Below are positions 52,221 through 62,008 of a DNA stretch of 64,000 nt, piece after piece. The stretch is from Asterias rubens (lineage: Eukaryota), in the NCBI RefSeq assembly GCF_902459465.1, contig NC_047063.1:4836001-4900000 (forward strand). Reading direction: 5' to 3'. A program made the translations under genes and the position numbers. A model generated the notes under the pieces. That model saw only the letters and a list, made by a program, of their open reading frames with translations, ran no database searches and had not been told where the DNA came from. The stretch's first letter is position 1; every line of letters starts with the position of its first letter.

Positions 52221-52600
52221 AGGCAGTGGACACTATTGGTAATTACTCAAAATAGGTATTGGCATAAAACCTTTATTGATTACGAGGGAACGGGGAGAGG
52301 TTGATGGTATAAAGCGTTGTGAGAATCGGCTCCCTTTGAAGTGCCATAGTTTTCGAGAAAGAAGTAATTTTCCACGAATTTGATTTCGAGACCTCAGATT
52401 TAGACCATGAGGTCTCGAAATCAACCATCTTCACGCATACAACTTCGTGTGACAAGGGTTGTTTTTTCTTTCATTATTATCTCGCAAGTTTGATGACCGA
52501 TTGAGCTCAAATTTTCACAGGTTTGTTATTTTATGCATATGTTGAGATACACCAACTGTGAAGGCTAGTCTTTGACAATTACCAATAGTGTCCACTGCCT
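52221..52600 (-). mobile_element. Kolobok MITE family 1, full length
   Basis: Perfect TIRs; TTAA/TTAT flanks. Confidence 0.93.
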
Positions 52601-52614
52601 TTATAAGCACTTAA

Positions 52615-52988
52615 AGGCACTGGACAACTCTGGTAGTTGTCAAAGACAAGCCTTCACAGTTGGTGTATCTCAACATATGCATAAATGAACAAACCTGTGA
52701 AAATTTGAGCTCAATCGGTCATCAAACTTGCGAGATAATAATGAAAGAAAAAACAACCCTTTTGGTCATCGAAGTTGCAAGAGAATGATGATAGAGTGCT
52801 TTCATTTGCCTAATAAAAGACCGTCAACTGAAGTCGTTTAATATTTGAGTGAGAAATTACCTCTTTCTCAAAAACCACGTTACTTCAGAGGGAGCCGTTT
52901 CTAACGATGTTTTATACTATCAACAGCTCTCCATTGCCTGTTTTAACGAGCTTAAAAAAACTCGTATAACCAATAATGTCTAGTACCT
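52615..52988 (+). mobile_element. Kolobok MITE family 1, chimeric copy
   Basis: Young-type left arm, repeated ggtcatc..ttgc block, then old-type right half. Confidence 0.8.
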
Positions 52989-53289
52989 CTAAGCACTTAG
53001 CATCCTACACTTGAAAAAATGTCAAGTCAAGCGGACGGTGTAGGTTATTGGCATACGCGAGTAACAGGATTATAAATTAGTGGTGTTTTTTTTTAGTCTA
53101 CCGGACACGAGGGGCTTGCTTGGGCCTTTTATATTAATTTGATCACACATTAATGCAAATATGTAGCTACGGTTGTTTGCAGCCCTAACGGTTCACTGTG
53201 AACGTCAACAGTGAGTGAAATTTGTATTTCAAAAAAATCACATTAGGCCTAAGCACTGAGACTGCAATAATTCGAGGTTAAACTTTATG

Positions 53290-53455
53290 ATTACTTAACT
53301 CTACGACCGTGAGACTCTTGCGGTGAGAATTTAGCGAATTTCGAGGTGAAATTCATTCATTAGGGTAGAGGTGTCTGAGAAAAATGTGACCAGAGGGGGC
53401 TTTGAACCCGTGACCTCTACGGATAACTGTGCCTTCCCGCTCCATCTCTCTGCTA
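53290..53455 (-). mobile_element. Degenerate tRNA-derived SINE (different family)
   Basis: Minus strand gaggtcacgggttcaaagcccc is B-box-like and follows a decayed A box. Confidence 0.4.
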
Positions 53456-54251
53456 TAACACAAAGGTCTACTTCACTCTACTTACCGGTAGAGTCGAATT
53501 ACTAATTTGTATATTCCCTGTGCCGCGAGGCAATAATGCAAAGACTTTCACACACAATAGCGCCCTCCACCGTCCTACCCACAACACCCCGCGACATGCT
53601 TGCCACGAGTTGTCCTCTTTTTTCTTAGCCGCGAGTGGGTAAGGTTGTGGTAAAATTCTGTATCCAACAGTTCACCGTTTTTGTGATAAAAAACGCATTA
53701 TCTTGTTTGCTAAGAGTTATAAAAAGACTAGAGTTGTAGAGTTGTTGTTTGTAGAGAGATTTTGAGATAAATAAATAGTTTGATTTAATTTAGTTCAATT
53801 ATGAGTAGTGCAAAGAAATTGGGGAGGGCTGCCACTCCGGTCGAGTCATGGCTGGGTGCACTCAGATCGGGCGGCTTGCCGTGCACAATCAGCATGCACC
53901 CTTCGGGGTCCTTTGTTTCTCGGTCGGGATGTAGAACAACATGACTTTGGCACAGCCCTGCCGTTGGGTGACCATGGGTGAACAGTAACCGAGTGTGTCT
54001 GACCCTCCCGTGTCCGGCAACTCGTCCCACGGCCCTCAATTGCCGAGATTGAACTGTGCCTTGTCCAGAGGGACATGGCATGGCCCGGGTGCTGGAGCTT
54101 CCCCCGCCGAGAAGACGGATGACTCCCCCGTTGAACGGCGACCGTTTAAGAGGAGGACAGGCCCTGCTCCGAGGAGCGGGAATATTAACCCGGCTATGCC
54201 ACTCGATCGCGTATGTACTGACCGCATCGAGGGCATTAGGTCGGCGTCCTC

Positions 54252-54500
54252 TTGGATTGCTTACCCCAAGAGGGCGGATTCAACCTCCTCCAAACTTCCC
54301 TTTGCCGAGAAAGCGCGGGGGAAATGGAGGAGGTAATCAGGAAGATGGACGACGTGCGCATGCCGAAGCGAGACGCTGCGGCGTCTCGCTTCGGCATGCG
54401 CACGTCGTCCTTCTTGCTTCTCTTGTCCGAGTACCTCACGCTGGCCGGCGATGAGGACTCAGCGATCCCAGCTGATATGATGGTGGCGGCCCTCCATTGA
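54252..54500 (+). pseudogene. Possible DIRS ORF1 (gag-like) fragment, in the same frame as the YR remnant
   Basis: EMEEVIRKMDD...ASRFGMRTSSFLLLLSEYL is helical-looking and positioned as ORF1 inside the DIRS island. Homology is recalled by eye only. Confidence 0.35.
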
Positions 54501-54509
54501 TATGATATG

Positions 54510-54809
54510 ATCGCGCGTTGGATAGTTACGCCCATCCGCTCTGTGCCGCGCGGATGGCCAGCGACCGATGGTCCGGTTCATGCCCACGAGATACGGGGAG
54601 TGTCAGCCTCATGAGCTTTCTTTAAAGGTGTCTCCATGAGTGACATAACAAGGGCGGCCTCATGGAAGAGCCCTTCCACGTTCTCCGACTGCTACCTGAA
54701 GGAAGTTCTGCAGGTGGATGGGGGAGCGGGTAGATCGGTGTCACAGGCGCCAGCCAAGCTGCGAAGCCAGAACAAGCTCCACCTCGCCAGGGATCACCCG
54801 TTTGGGTGA
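54510..54809 (+). pseudogene. DIRS-type tyrosine recombinase, C-terminal catalytic fragment with a nonsense mutation
   Basis: Translates IARWIVTPIR...PVHAHEIRGVSAS*AFFKGVSMSDITRAASWKSPSTFSDCYLKEV, with the HxxR, W and Y catalytic-region motifs typical of DIRS YRs. TGA at 54612-54614 stands where W is usual. Confidence 0.85.
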
Positions 54810-55721
54810 GTTTTCCCACGGTATTACAGTGCTAACAATACTTATACATGTTTTGTTCACCCGTACCGTGGGGACGACACCCCCCTGTCCGTTCGGGCAT
54901 GGACCACTGTCGGGCCTAGCGGCCGCGAAGCGTTCTCTGAACTTTTGAGGGCGCCGGGGTCCTACGCCCCCTTAAAACATGCAGTAGCACCGCGTTTACC
55001 CACCGCCTTTCCTCGGTACGAGTTTATGCAAATTAGTAATTCGACTTTACCGGTGTGGCGGTGTCAGTCTTCCGCCGTGTTCAGTTTTCCGGGTGACGTA
55101 GCCGGACATTTCAGCACGTTGTTCGAACGGTTTTAGCTTTCCGGCGTGTTCAGTTTTCCGGGTGACGTAGTCAGACAAAAATACCGCCGCGAGTACCCTG
55201 GCGAGTACTGTAGTTCTCTCAGTGACCCCACTACGATTCTTTTCTGTTTAGTCACATATTCTCTTGCCCCATCTTAACACGTATTCGTGTGTACAACACT
55301 GCTTGTGTCACTGATTAAATACAGGATAATTTGCTTGGTCTACACCAAATTCTCTCATACGATCCACGCGTTCGCCGCTCGCTGTACTCGATCGCGGACG
55401 CCGCCATGACAGCTACCGGAGAGTGTAACATGGATGACTCAATACAGCACTTAAAATGGACTACTTTCGCTTGCTGTGCGCAGGCATCGCATGACGTGAC
55501 GTTACCGTATTTGGTCATTCGGAAAACTGAACACGGCGGAAAGTTGAAACCGCCACACCGGTAAGTAGAGTGAAGTAGACTCCTCCCCCCCCCCCCCCCC
55601 CTCGTTCGCAGACCCCATCCACACTTCTGAGATACCACTCATCTTGTTCGCTAAGTAAAGTAATTTGCCAATCGGCATTTTCTGCTAGCATGAAATTGGG
55701 CCCAGATATGAAGTAAATCAA

Positions 55722-55989
55722 TGGTTTGCGGTAACGCCATGTGTGTATCTCTTGTTATAATATTATTGCTACGTATTCTACTACCGCGGAGTAGATTTAT
55801 CGGATTGTTCGGGATACTTCTCAGTTCTGAAAAGAACTGTCCTGCTTTTTAACTACTACCTGGGCGGATGGTAACGAACATTTGCTGGAACTACTACTTT
55901 AGCTTATAGGATCGTTATAAACTTCACTATCGTGGAGTGATTGGTATCTTAACGTTTAGACTAGCTTGCTCTAGTCATCGTCAGGAGTA
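55722..55989 (-). mobile_element. Penelope-like pLTR-derived repeat
   Basis: Second copy of 2498-2771; a further end fragment lies at ~41485-41515. Confidence 0.7.
55946..55989 (-). ncRNA. Minimal hammerhead motif (G12>U mutant, helix I decayed)
   Basis: ctc-CTGACGA-t-gactag/agcaag/ctagtc-TAAAC-GTT. Confidence 0.6.
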
Positions 55990-57630
55990 GTTAGTCCCGG
56001 TGAACAATCAAGCAAAGGGGCATTTCAACGGTGCTCAAGAAGACCCCCAACACCGAGGTGAAAACATCACCCCCCCCCCCCGATTTCTCTGACGCAGAGA
56101 GTCCAAGTAGGGAAAGCATTCGAGAAGAAAAAACGCCAGCTGTTTCAACAGTCTCAGTGTTTTGGCGGACTGTTAAGCAGCCAAAGTAAGACAGGCATAT
56201 AAACCCACGGGAATGTTCCCCTGCTTTGTTTTCCAATAATGTTAGCAGTGGGGAGTATGTGTTTGCGCTCGCGTGAACAAGTGCCATGGGTGCACATTGC
56301 TTGACGCATGAGAGATACTTAGATGGCCAGAGTTTTTCGTTTTGTATTCACTGAGGATCGTAGATAAAGTTCAACAAACCGTTTATAGCTTTATTTGCTT
56401 ATAATGGTTTCGAATAATATAGCATGGTATGTTCAGAGGTATGAAAGACAAGTTAAAAGTTCAGAGACTTGCAGACGATTTGCGATTCAAAATCGGTTAT
56501 TTACATAATACATGTAATTAAAGCCCGATTGCTAAACACATTGACGGTCCTTTGACATGATTGGTCCGGTAAAAAACATCACTGTATAATTATTTATAAA
56601 AGCTTTCTGTTGATACAGTTCATAGAGAACCATGTGTAAATATTGTGTTCCTCTGATATAACTTCATGTTCAAGAAAACCTTTTTAAAAAACAAAAATAC
56701 TACTATTTTCTATAATGTGTTTACATGCATGGTCTTCACTGTTTTCTCCTAAAGCACACCACAAATTAAGCACTCATGTTCACAGGTTTGTTATTGCTTG
56801 TACGGTTTATCACGCAAAACATGAACACTGACTGCGACTGTTTTGTCAGCTCAACCCTTTCCTTAGAAAAACCTTTAATAAAACAATTCGTTGAGGCGAC
56901 TTTTATGTGACCAAACATAAACTGAACCATTCCCTTACGTCTTATATTGATACCGTTATCAATCATGCATCAATCGCATCGTGGGTACGTTTACCCTCCA
57001 AGCGCCCCCCCCCCCCTTAAATGGAGTCCCATCACCCAACCAAAACCCAGCTCATTACAACCCAAACTGTTACATCACCATAGTCAAAACGAACTTGATA
57101 TCAGACATCCAGCCTCAATATTCAATTCAATTCAATATGACGTTTTTTTTCATACTCTTTATAGAAAAACAAAAATTCAATATGAGAGTTTCATAGGCAC
57201 CACATCTAATTATGCTGAGATACATCTGTGCTGTAATGCTCCCCACCGCGTTTACAAAGAGTTTATTATGCCGGTTTCCAACAGGAAAATTCTTTAATGT
57301 CATGGTCACGAGCAGAGATAAGATAATAGAAAATTGCTTTTGTCAAGCGAACGCCAGGGTTCTGGAATAATATTTAGATTTCTGCATTTTGCGTCAGACG
57401 TGGAATTCCAATGAATAGCCACTACCTTCGCGTATATTGAACATCTCACGAAAAATCTGCATCAATGGTTGCTTAATAGATTCGGTTGTGACGTCGTCTT
57501 TGTTTATTTTTGTGTTGTTGTGGTTTTTTGACGGGTGCGAGATTACGTCAGCGGGCTCCATACAAAATGGCTGAATGTGAAAAAGTCAAGCTGTGGAATT
57601 TAAAAGGTGTTTGAAGTGCGAGCATTCATT

Positions 57631-57775
57631 GGGTGCGTTCGATTAGCTTCCAGGGTGCGTTCGATTTATTAGCTTTGACGTCCGTTGTGGGACTCACCAT
57701 CAGGGTCAATCCCCAAGTGCCATGATTGTGGAATGGGCTCTCTGGGGCTGACCGAGGTGCATGAAGTCACGACGA
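57631..57775 (-). mobile_element. Truncated reverse copy of the 61219-61426 family, preceded by a 21-bp left-end fragment
   Basis: gggtgcgttcgattagcttcc + agggtgcgttcga..agctttgacgtc...gaggtgcatga.gtcac. Confidence 0.65.
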
Positions 57776-58073
57776 AAAACTTTCTCTGTGGCCACCATTT
57801 TGTTTTATCCAGTGTGAAATTTTCACATGGTTCGACACACATTTTCACTCTTAAACCAGTTGGATCTTGTGACAGTAAGCATTTTTTATCCGAAGATGGG
57901 TTGGCCTACTTTTGTATCACTGTGGGTTTGTTAATTTCTTCATGGTAGTTTGACGCGCAAACATTCATAAAAACTCTATCGCATGATCCGCACGGTGGTG
58001 TGACGTACAATCATTCGTGTGATTCAAAAGAGGGCGCAATCAGAAGCAATTGTGTTGAGTTCGCCTTCGGTTG

Positions 58074-58478
58074 GATATGGGGGTGGGGAATCTCCTGCCA
58101 CACCGGTGTAATACACAGTTGTGTATACTTGGTTGTCCCCGCAATAGATTATAGTTGAAGTTTTTCACATTATTAATGTTGAATTGACAACTTGTGAAGG
58201 GTATAAATTAGATATGGGGGGGGGGAGAGAATCGCCTGCCACACCGGTGTAATAGTAGTTGTGTATACTTGGTTGTCCCCGCAATAGATTATAGTTGAAG
58301 TTTTTCACATTATTAATGTTGAATTGACAACTTGTGAAGGGTATAAATTAGATATTGGGGGGGGGGGGAGAGAATCTCCTGCCACACCGGTGTAATACAC
58401 AGTTGTGTATACTTGGTTGTCCCCGCAATAGATTATAGTTGAAGTTTTTCACATTCTTAATGCTGAATTTACAACTTG
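58074..58478. repeat. Three near-identical ~141-143-bp tandem units with poly-G tracts
   Basis: gaatc.cctgccacaccggtgtaat recurs at ~58088, ~58229 and ~58372. Confidence 0.92.
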
Positions 58479-58657
58479 TATTATACAAACTTAAGTCAAT
58501 GTTTGAATAAAGGTACACCCTACAACCAATCTGTGAAACTACCAATGATCACGCACACGTTTTCTCCGTTGCATATTATCACCGACTGAAATGGTTCTGA
58601 TATAGTTTATTTTTCCCCAGCGACATGCGATATTGTTCCAGTTCGAAGTGAGTGTAA

Positions 58658-58948
58658 AGGCACTGTGCACCCTTGGTAAATTGTCAACATTGGGTGTATC
58701 TTAATACAATATGTATAATATAAGAAATATGTGGAACATTTTTACTCAATCGGTCTTCAAAGTTGCGAGAGGTGTGCTTTAAGATGCTTTAAAAGGCTTC
58801 AGGCCTGAAGTTTTTTAATAATATAGTGTGAAATTACCTCTGTCTAAAAAAACTACGTTACTTATAGATGGAGCAGTTTCCTGCAATGTTTTATACTATC
58901 AACAGCTCACCATTGCTCTTTAGTTACTACAATTAGTGTGCAGAGCCT
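58658..58948 (+). mobile_element. Kolobok MITE family 1, old subfamily
   Basis: Degenerate TIRs; TTAA on the right. Confidence 0.7.
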
Positions 58949-59321
58949 TTAAACACCAATGAAACCGTCTAACAGTTATAATGTGGAAACCAAAGTTTGA
59001 ATATATGCTGTTTAGAACTTAATGTAATTACCTTAAACCCACAAACCCCAAAAAACATGCTGAACACACTCCGCACACATTTTCCTTTTGGCGTGCCTTC
59101 TTTTGGTATCTGTTTTGAAAAATGGATTGTTGTCGCAGGCGCCAAGATGTTTCTATCTATACCCGATTCTAATGGCGCTTTTCTGCACTGCGAGCTAAAT
59201 GTCACTTGACGCTAAAAGCTAAATCATTTGATTCCTCGATGGGCCTTGGAATCCAGATAACTCAGTTTCGTCCCCAGAGGGCCTGTTTGACAATAATCTG
59301 CCTGTCACTCATTGAGACTTA

Positions 59322-59460
59322 GGCCGTGTCCGAATTGGTGGCTACGGATGCGGCTACGACCGTTGCCAGGGGTGTTGCTAAGGGTGTCCTATACTTCAAT
59401 GCATGATGACGCGGCGATCCGGCCGTAGCCGTGGCCGTAGCCGCCAATTCGGATCCGGCC
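59322..59460. mobile_element. PIF/Harbinger-like palindromic MITE related to 29769-29891
   Basis: TTA|GGCCGTGTCCGAATTGG...CCAATTCGGATCCGGCC|TTA. Confidence 0.85.
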
Positions 59461-59666
59461 TTATTCTGGCATTACCAATTAGACACCTTAAGTATCTATG
59501 AAGAAAGAGAAGGGAAAAAACACCGATTTAATACTGTGGACGCAATCATCGGAGTGTGATCGTGCTAAGAGTATAAATATCGCATTATACTGAGTGAGTA
59601 ATTGCATCCCTGAACAGAAACATTATACTTTGAAAATGTATAATAATCGAAATTCCCTATAGATAA

Positions 59667-60178
59667 AGGCACTGGACACCCTTGGAAGTATTGTCAAAAA
59701 CAGTATTATCACTTGGTGTATCCCGAATATGCATAATTAAATAACAAATCTGTAACAAAAAATTAACTCAATGGGAGACTTTCCAACGCTAGGCGGCAGC
59801 AGACTTACCGGGTAAATTTCCATTGTTCACATAGTTCTGAACATGCCCATAATTCTGAGAACAATGGATTTACCCGGTAAGTCTGCTGCCCGCTATCGTC
59901 CCGGAAAGTCTCCCATTGTTCCACGCTCAAAAGTAATGAAAGAAAAAAAACACCCTTGTTGCACAAATCTGTTTGCGTCTATATGCCTCAAACAGGCTTC
60001 AGGCCTGCAATATTTTAATATTTGAGTGAGAAATAACCTCTTTCTCAAAAACTACGTTTCATCAGATGAAGCCGTTCCTCACAATGTTTAAAACTACCCA
60101 AAGCTATACATTGCTTGTTACCAAGTAAGTTTTTATGCTAGCAATTACTTTGAGTAATTACCAATTCATCCAGTGCCG
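59667..60178 (+). mobile_element. Kolobok MITE family 1, old subfamily, carrying a nested 142-bp MITE
   Basis: Family body interrupted at ctcaat|...|attg. Confidence 0.7.
59773..59914 (-). mobile_element. 142-bp palindromic MITE with AT TSD, nested in a Kolobok MITE
   Basis: caAT|GGGAGACTTTCC...GGAAAGTCTCCC|ATtg. Confidence 0.88.
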
Positions 60179-60634
60179 TTTAAACAGGGGGTGACAATAA
60201 CTCTAGGCCCTACTGCTAAAACTAAGGTTTTATATTGACACCATTGGTGTTGTCACAGATAGATACAAAAACAAATCGAAATTTACACCACGATAAGGTG
60301 TTAAAATGACACTTACTTCTGCAAAAACAATTACACTCGTGTTATTTTAATAATAACAGCAATAATTGTGGCTCAAGGACACCCTATGATTGCCATTTTT
60401 ATTCTCTCTTCGGTATCTATTGCGACAACACCCATTGTGTCAATTTTGACACCCCGGTTTTTGCAGTATGTTGCTCAGGGACAAAAGTATTGATAGACTT
60501 CACAAGTGTTTTAGTGTAATTTCTGTCCAGGTGTTTATTTCTTGTGATCACCGTCGATTTTTAGATCGGCAATGAATGTAAAACTATTGCTGTGTTATAC
60601 TTTCTTTGAATTAAAGTGAAGTGCAACATTGTTA

Positions 60635-60770
60635 ATAGCCATTGTGCATAATATGAGCCGATCAAACGGAAGTTGTTTATTGACCAATGTGCGCCGCCCG
60701 TACAAATCCGTGTTTCATTTGTTTCATCATCGGTTTACATTCAATATGGCGGCATTATGACGTCACTGCA
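60635..60770. mobile_element. Diverged relative of the 32712 MITE
   Basis: Shares ttgtttc.tca.cg...atggcggc...atgacgtca.tgcata. Confidence 0.5.
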
Positions 60771-61218
60771 TAGTAAACTGATATTAAAAATGACCTAACA
60801 CTTTTTCCCCTCCAGCCTCAATGTGAAGTGGAGTATAGTTGAGACAGCAGACCGCACGGAGCCTCGGTAACGCTGCTTAGAGCAATTGGTGAGAAGGTTA
60901 GTTATGCCCCTTGGTGCACCATGTGCTCCTCCTATACTACATGTATGTGTAAATCCAACTTTGTTTTTAAGCATGTTCAGTTTTGATACCGCCGATGAGC
61001 ACAGCGTGCCCCCCCCCCCCAGTGAACGGCAATTATCATCGACTAAACTTAATTTCGAATACTCGAGACTTTAATGTTACAATGTCAACGCCATAACACA
61101 GTTGTTCACTAGATTCGTTAGGGTCACGTCACCATCAGCCCATGAACAAAAATGCGCGAATTCCCTCATTTTGCTCATCAGTTGTGTAAGTGTGCACGCG
61201 CAATGTACAACTTACTGC

Positions 61219-61426
61219 GGGTGCGTTCGATTAGCTTCCCTGGGTCGACCCCGCGGTACTCACTCGGGTGAGCCCCCGACAAGAGCTAGTCGAACAATCA
61301 CACTCGCCCTGTCGTGGTGACGTCATGCACCTCGAGTCGCCCCCAAGTGACCGACTCAACAAGCGAGCACTGGGGGCTGACCCGGATGAGCCCCTTGAAT
61401 GACGTCAAAGCTATTCGAAAGCACCC
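61219..61426 (+). mobile_element. PIF/Harbinger-like MITE (GGGTGCGTTCGA ends)
   Basis: GGGTGCGTTCGATTAGCTT...AAGCTATTCGAAAGCACCC|TTA. Confidence 0.7.
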
Positions 61427-61789
61427 TTAGGTTCACGAGAAGTGTATATTAAAACTGTTGCTAAGGAACATAAGTTAACAGCGGATCTCCAACTCTAAAT
61501 AATTAAACTCATACCATCACAAGGAACAGCAAAATTAATATACCGGTTCATTTCAAGGTCTGTGCTTGTATTTTCAGGCGGAAACAAAGATTTGGGTGAC
61601 CTGATTAATGTACACACACAATCAATTGTTGACCCAATTGCCATTTCAGATTCAATTCTAACAAACGAAACCAAATCACATGGACCAACTATCCTTTGAA
61701 CAATTCATCCCAATTATGAGGTCACATCATTGTATATCAAACAATAGCACACGGTTTATGTTTTGTCAGATTTTGTATACGTTAATCTC

Positions 61790-62008
61790 GGGCTTGTTGG
61801 AAGTGTTGTATAACAAATTTTTAGAAACGAACCCTTGAATAAAGAGGTAATTTTTACTCAACATATTTATCTGCGAAGGCTTCGGGCAAGGGTGCTCTTC
61901 TTTTAATATTAATTTGCAACTTTGATGACCAACTGAGGCAATATTCAAAAGTTGTGAGGATCTTGTCTTTGACAATACATGTATTACCAAAAGTCTACCC
62001 TGTCTTTA
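61790..62008 (-). mobile_element. Kolobok MITE family 1, very degenerate
   Basis: aaagaggtaatt, gcaactttgatgaccaa and tctttgacaat motifs. Confidence 0.45.

Larger units (their letters stand above)
53484..55562 (+). mobile_element. Internally deleted DIRS-like tyrosine-recombinase retroelement
   Basis: GC-rich island containing a YR C-terminal remnant. Segment 55026-55091 is the reverse complement of the left end (53484-53512) joined to the reverse complement of the right end (55520-55562) at ACCGGT, the DIRS ICR arrangement. No RT/RNase H recognisable. Confidence 0.8.

Noticed and set aside
2832-52455. Recurrent ORFs such as CAFRCLISRPQILNLRSRNQIRGKLL and FQMLDFETSNSKSEVSKSNSWKITSF
   Set aside because: All fall inside family 1 MITE copies, on both strands and in several frames, with frameshifts between copies. 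They are translations of a non-coding repeat, not a protein family.
53785-55136. Many overlapping GC-rich ORFs on both strands
   Set aside because: Explained by the high GC content of the DIRS remnant; only the + frame with YR motifs is supported.
58074-58478. CRISPR-like array
   Set aside because: Entire ~141-bp units are repeated; there are no spacers.
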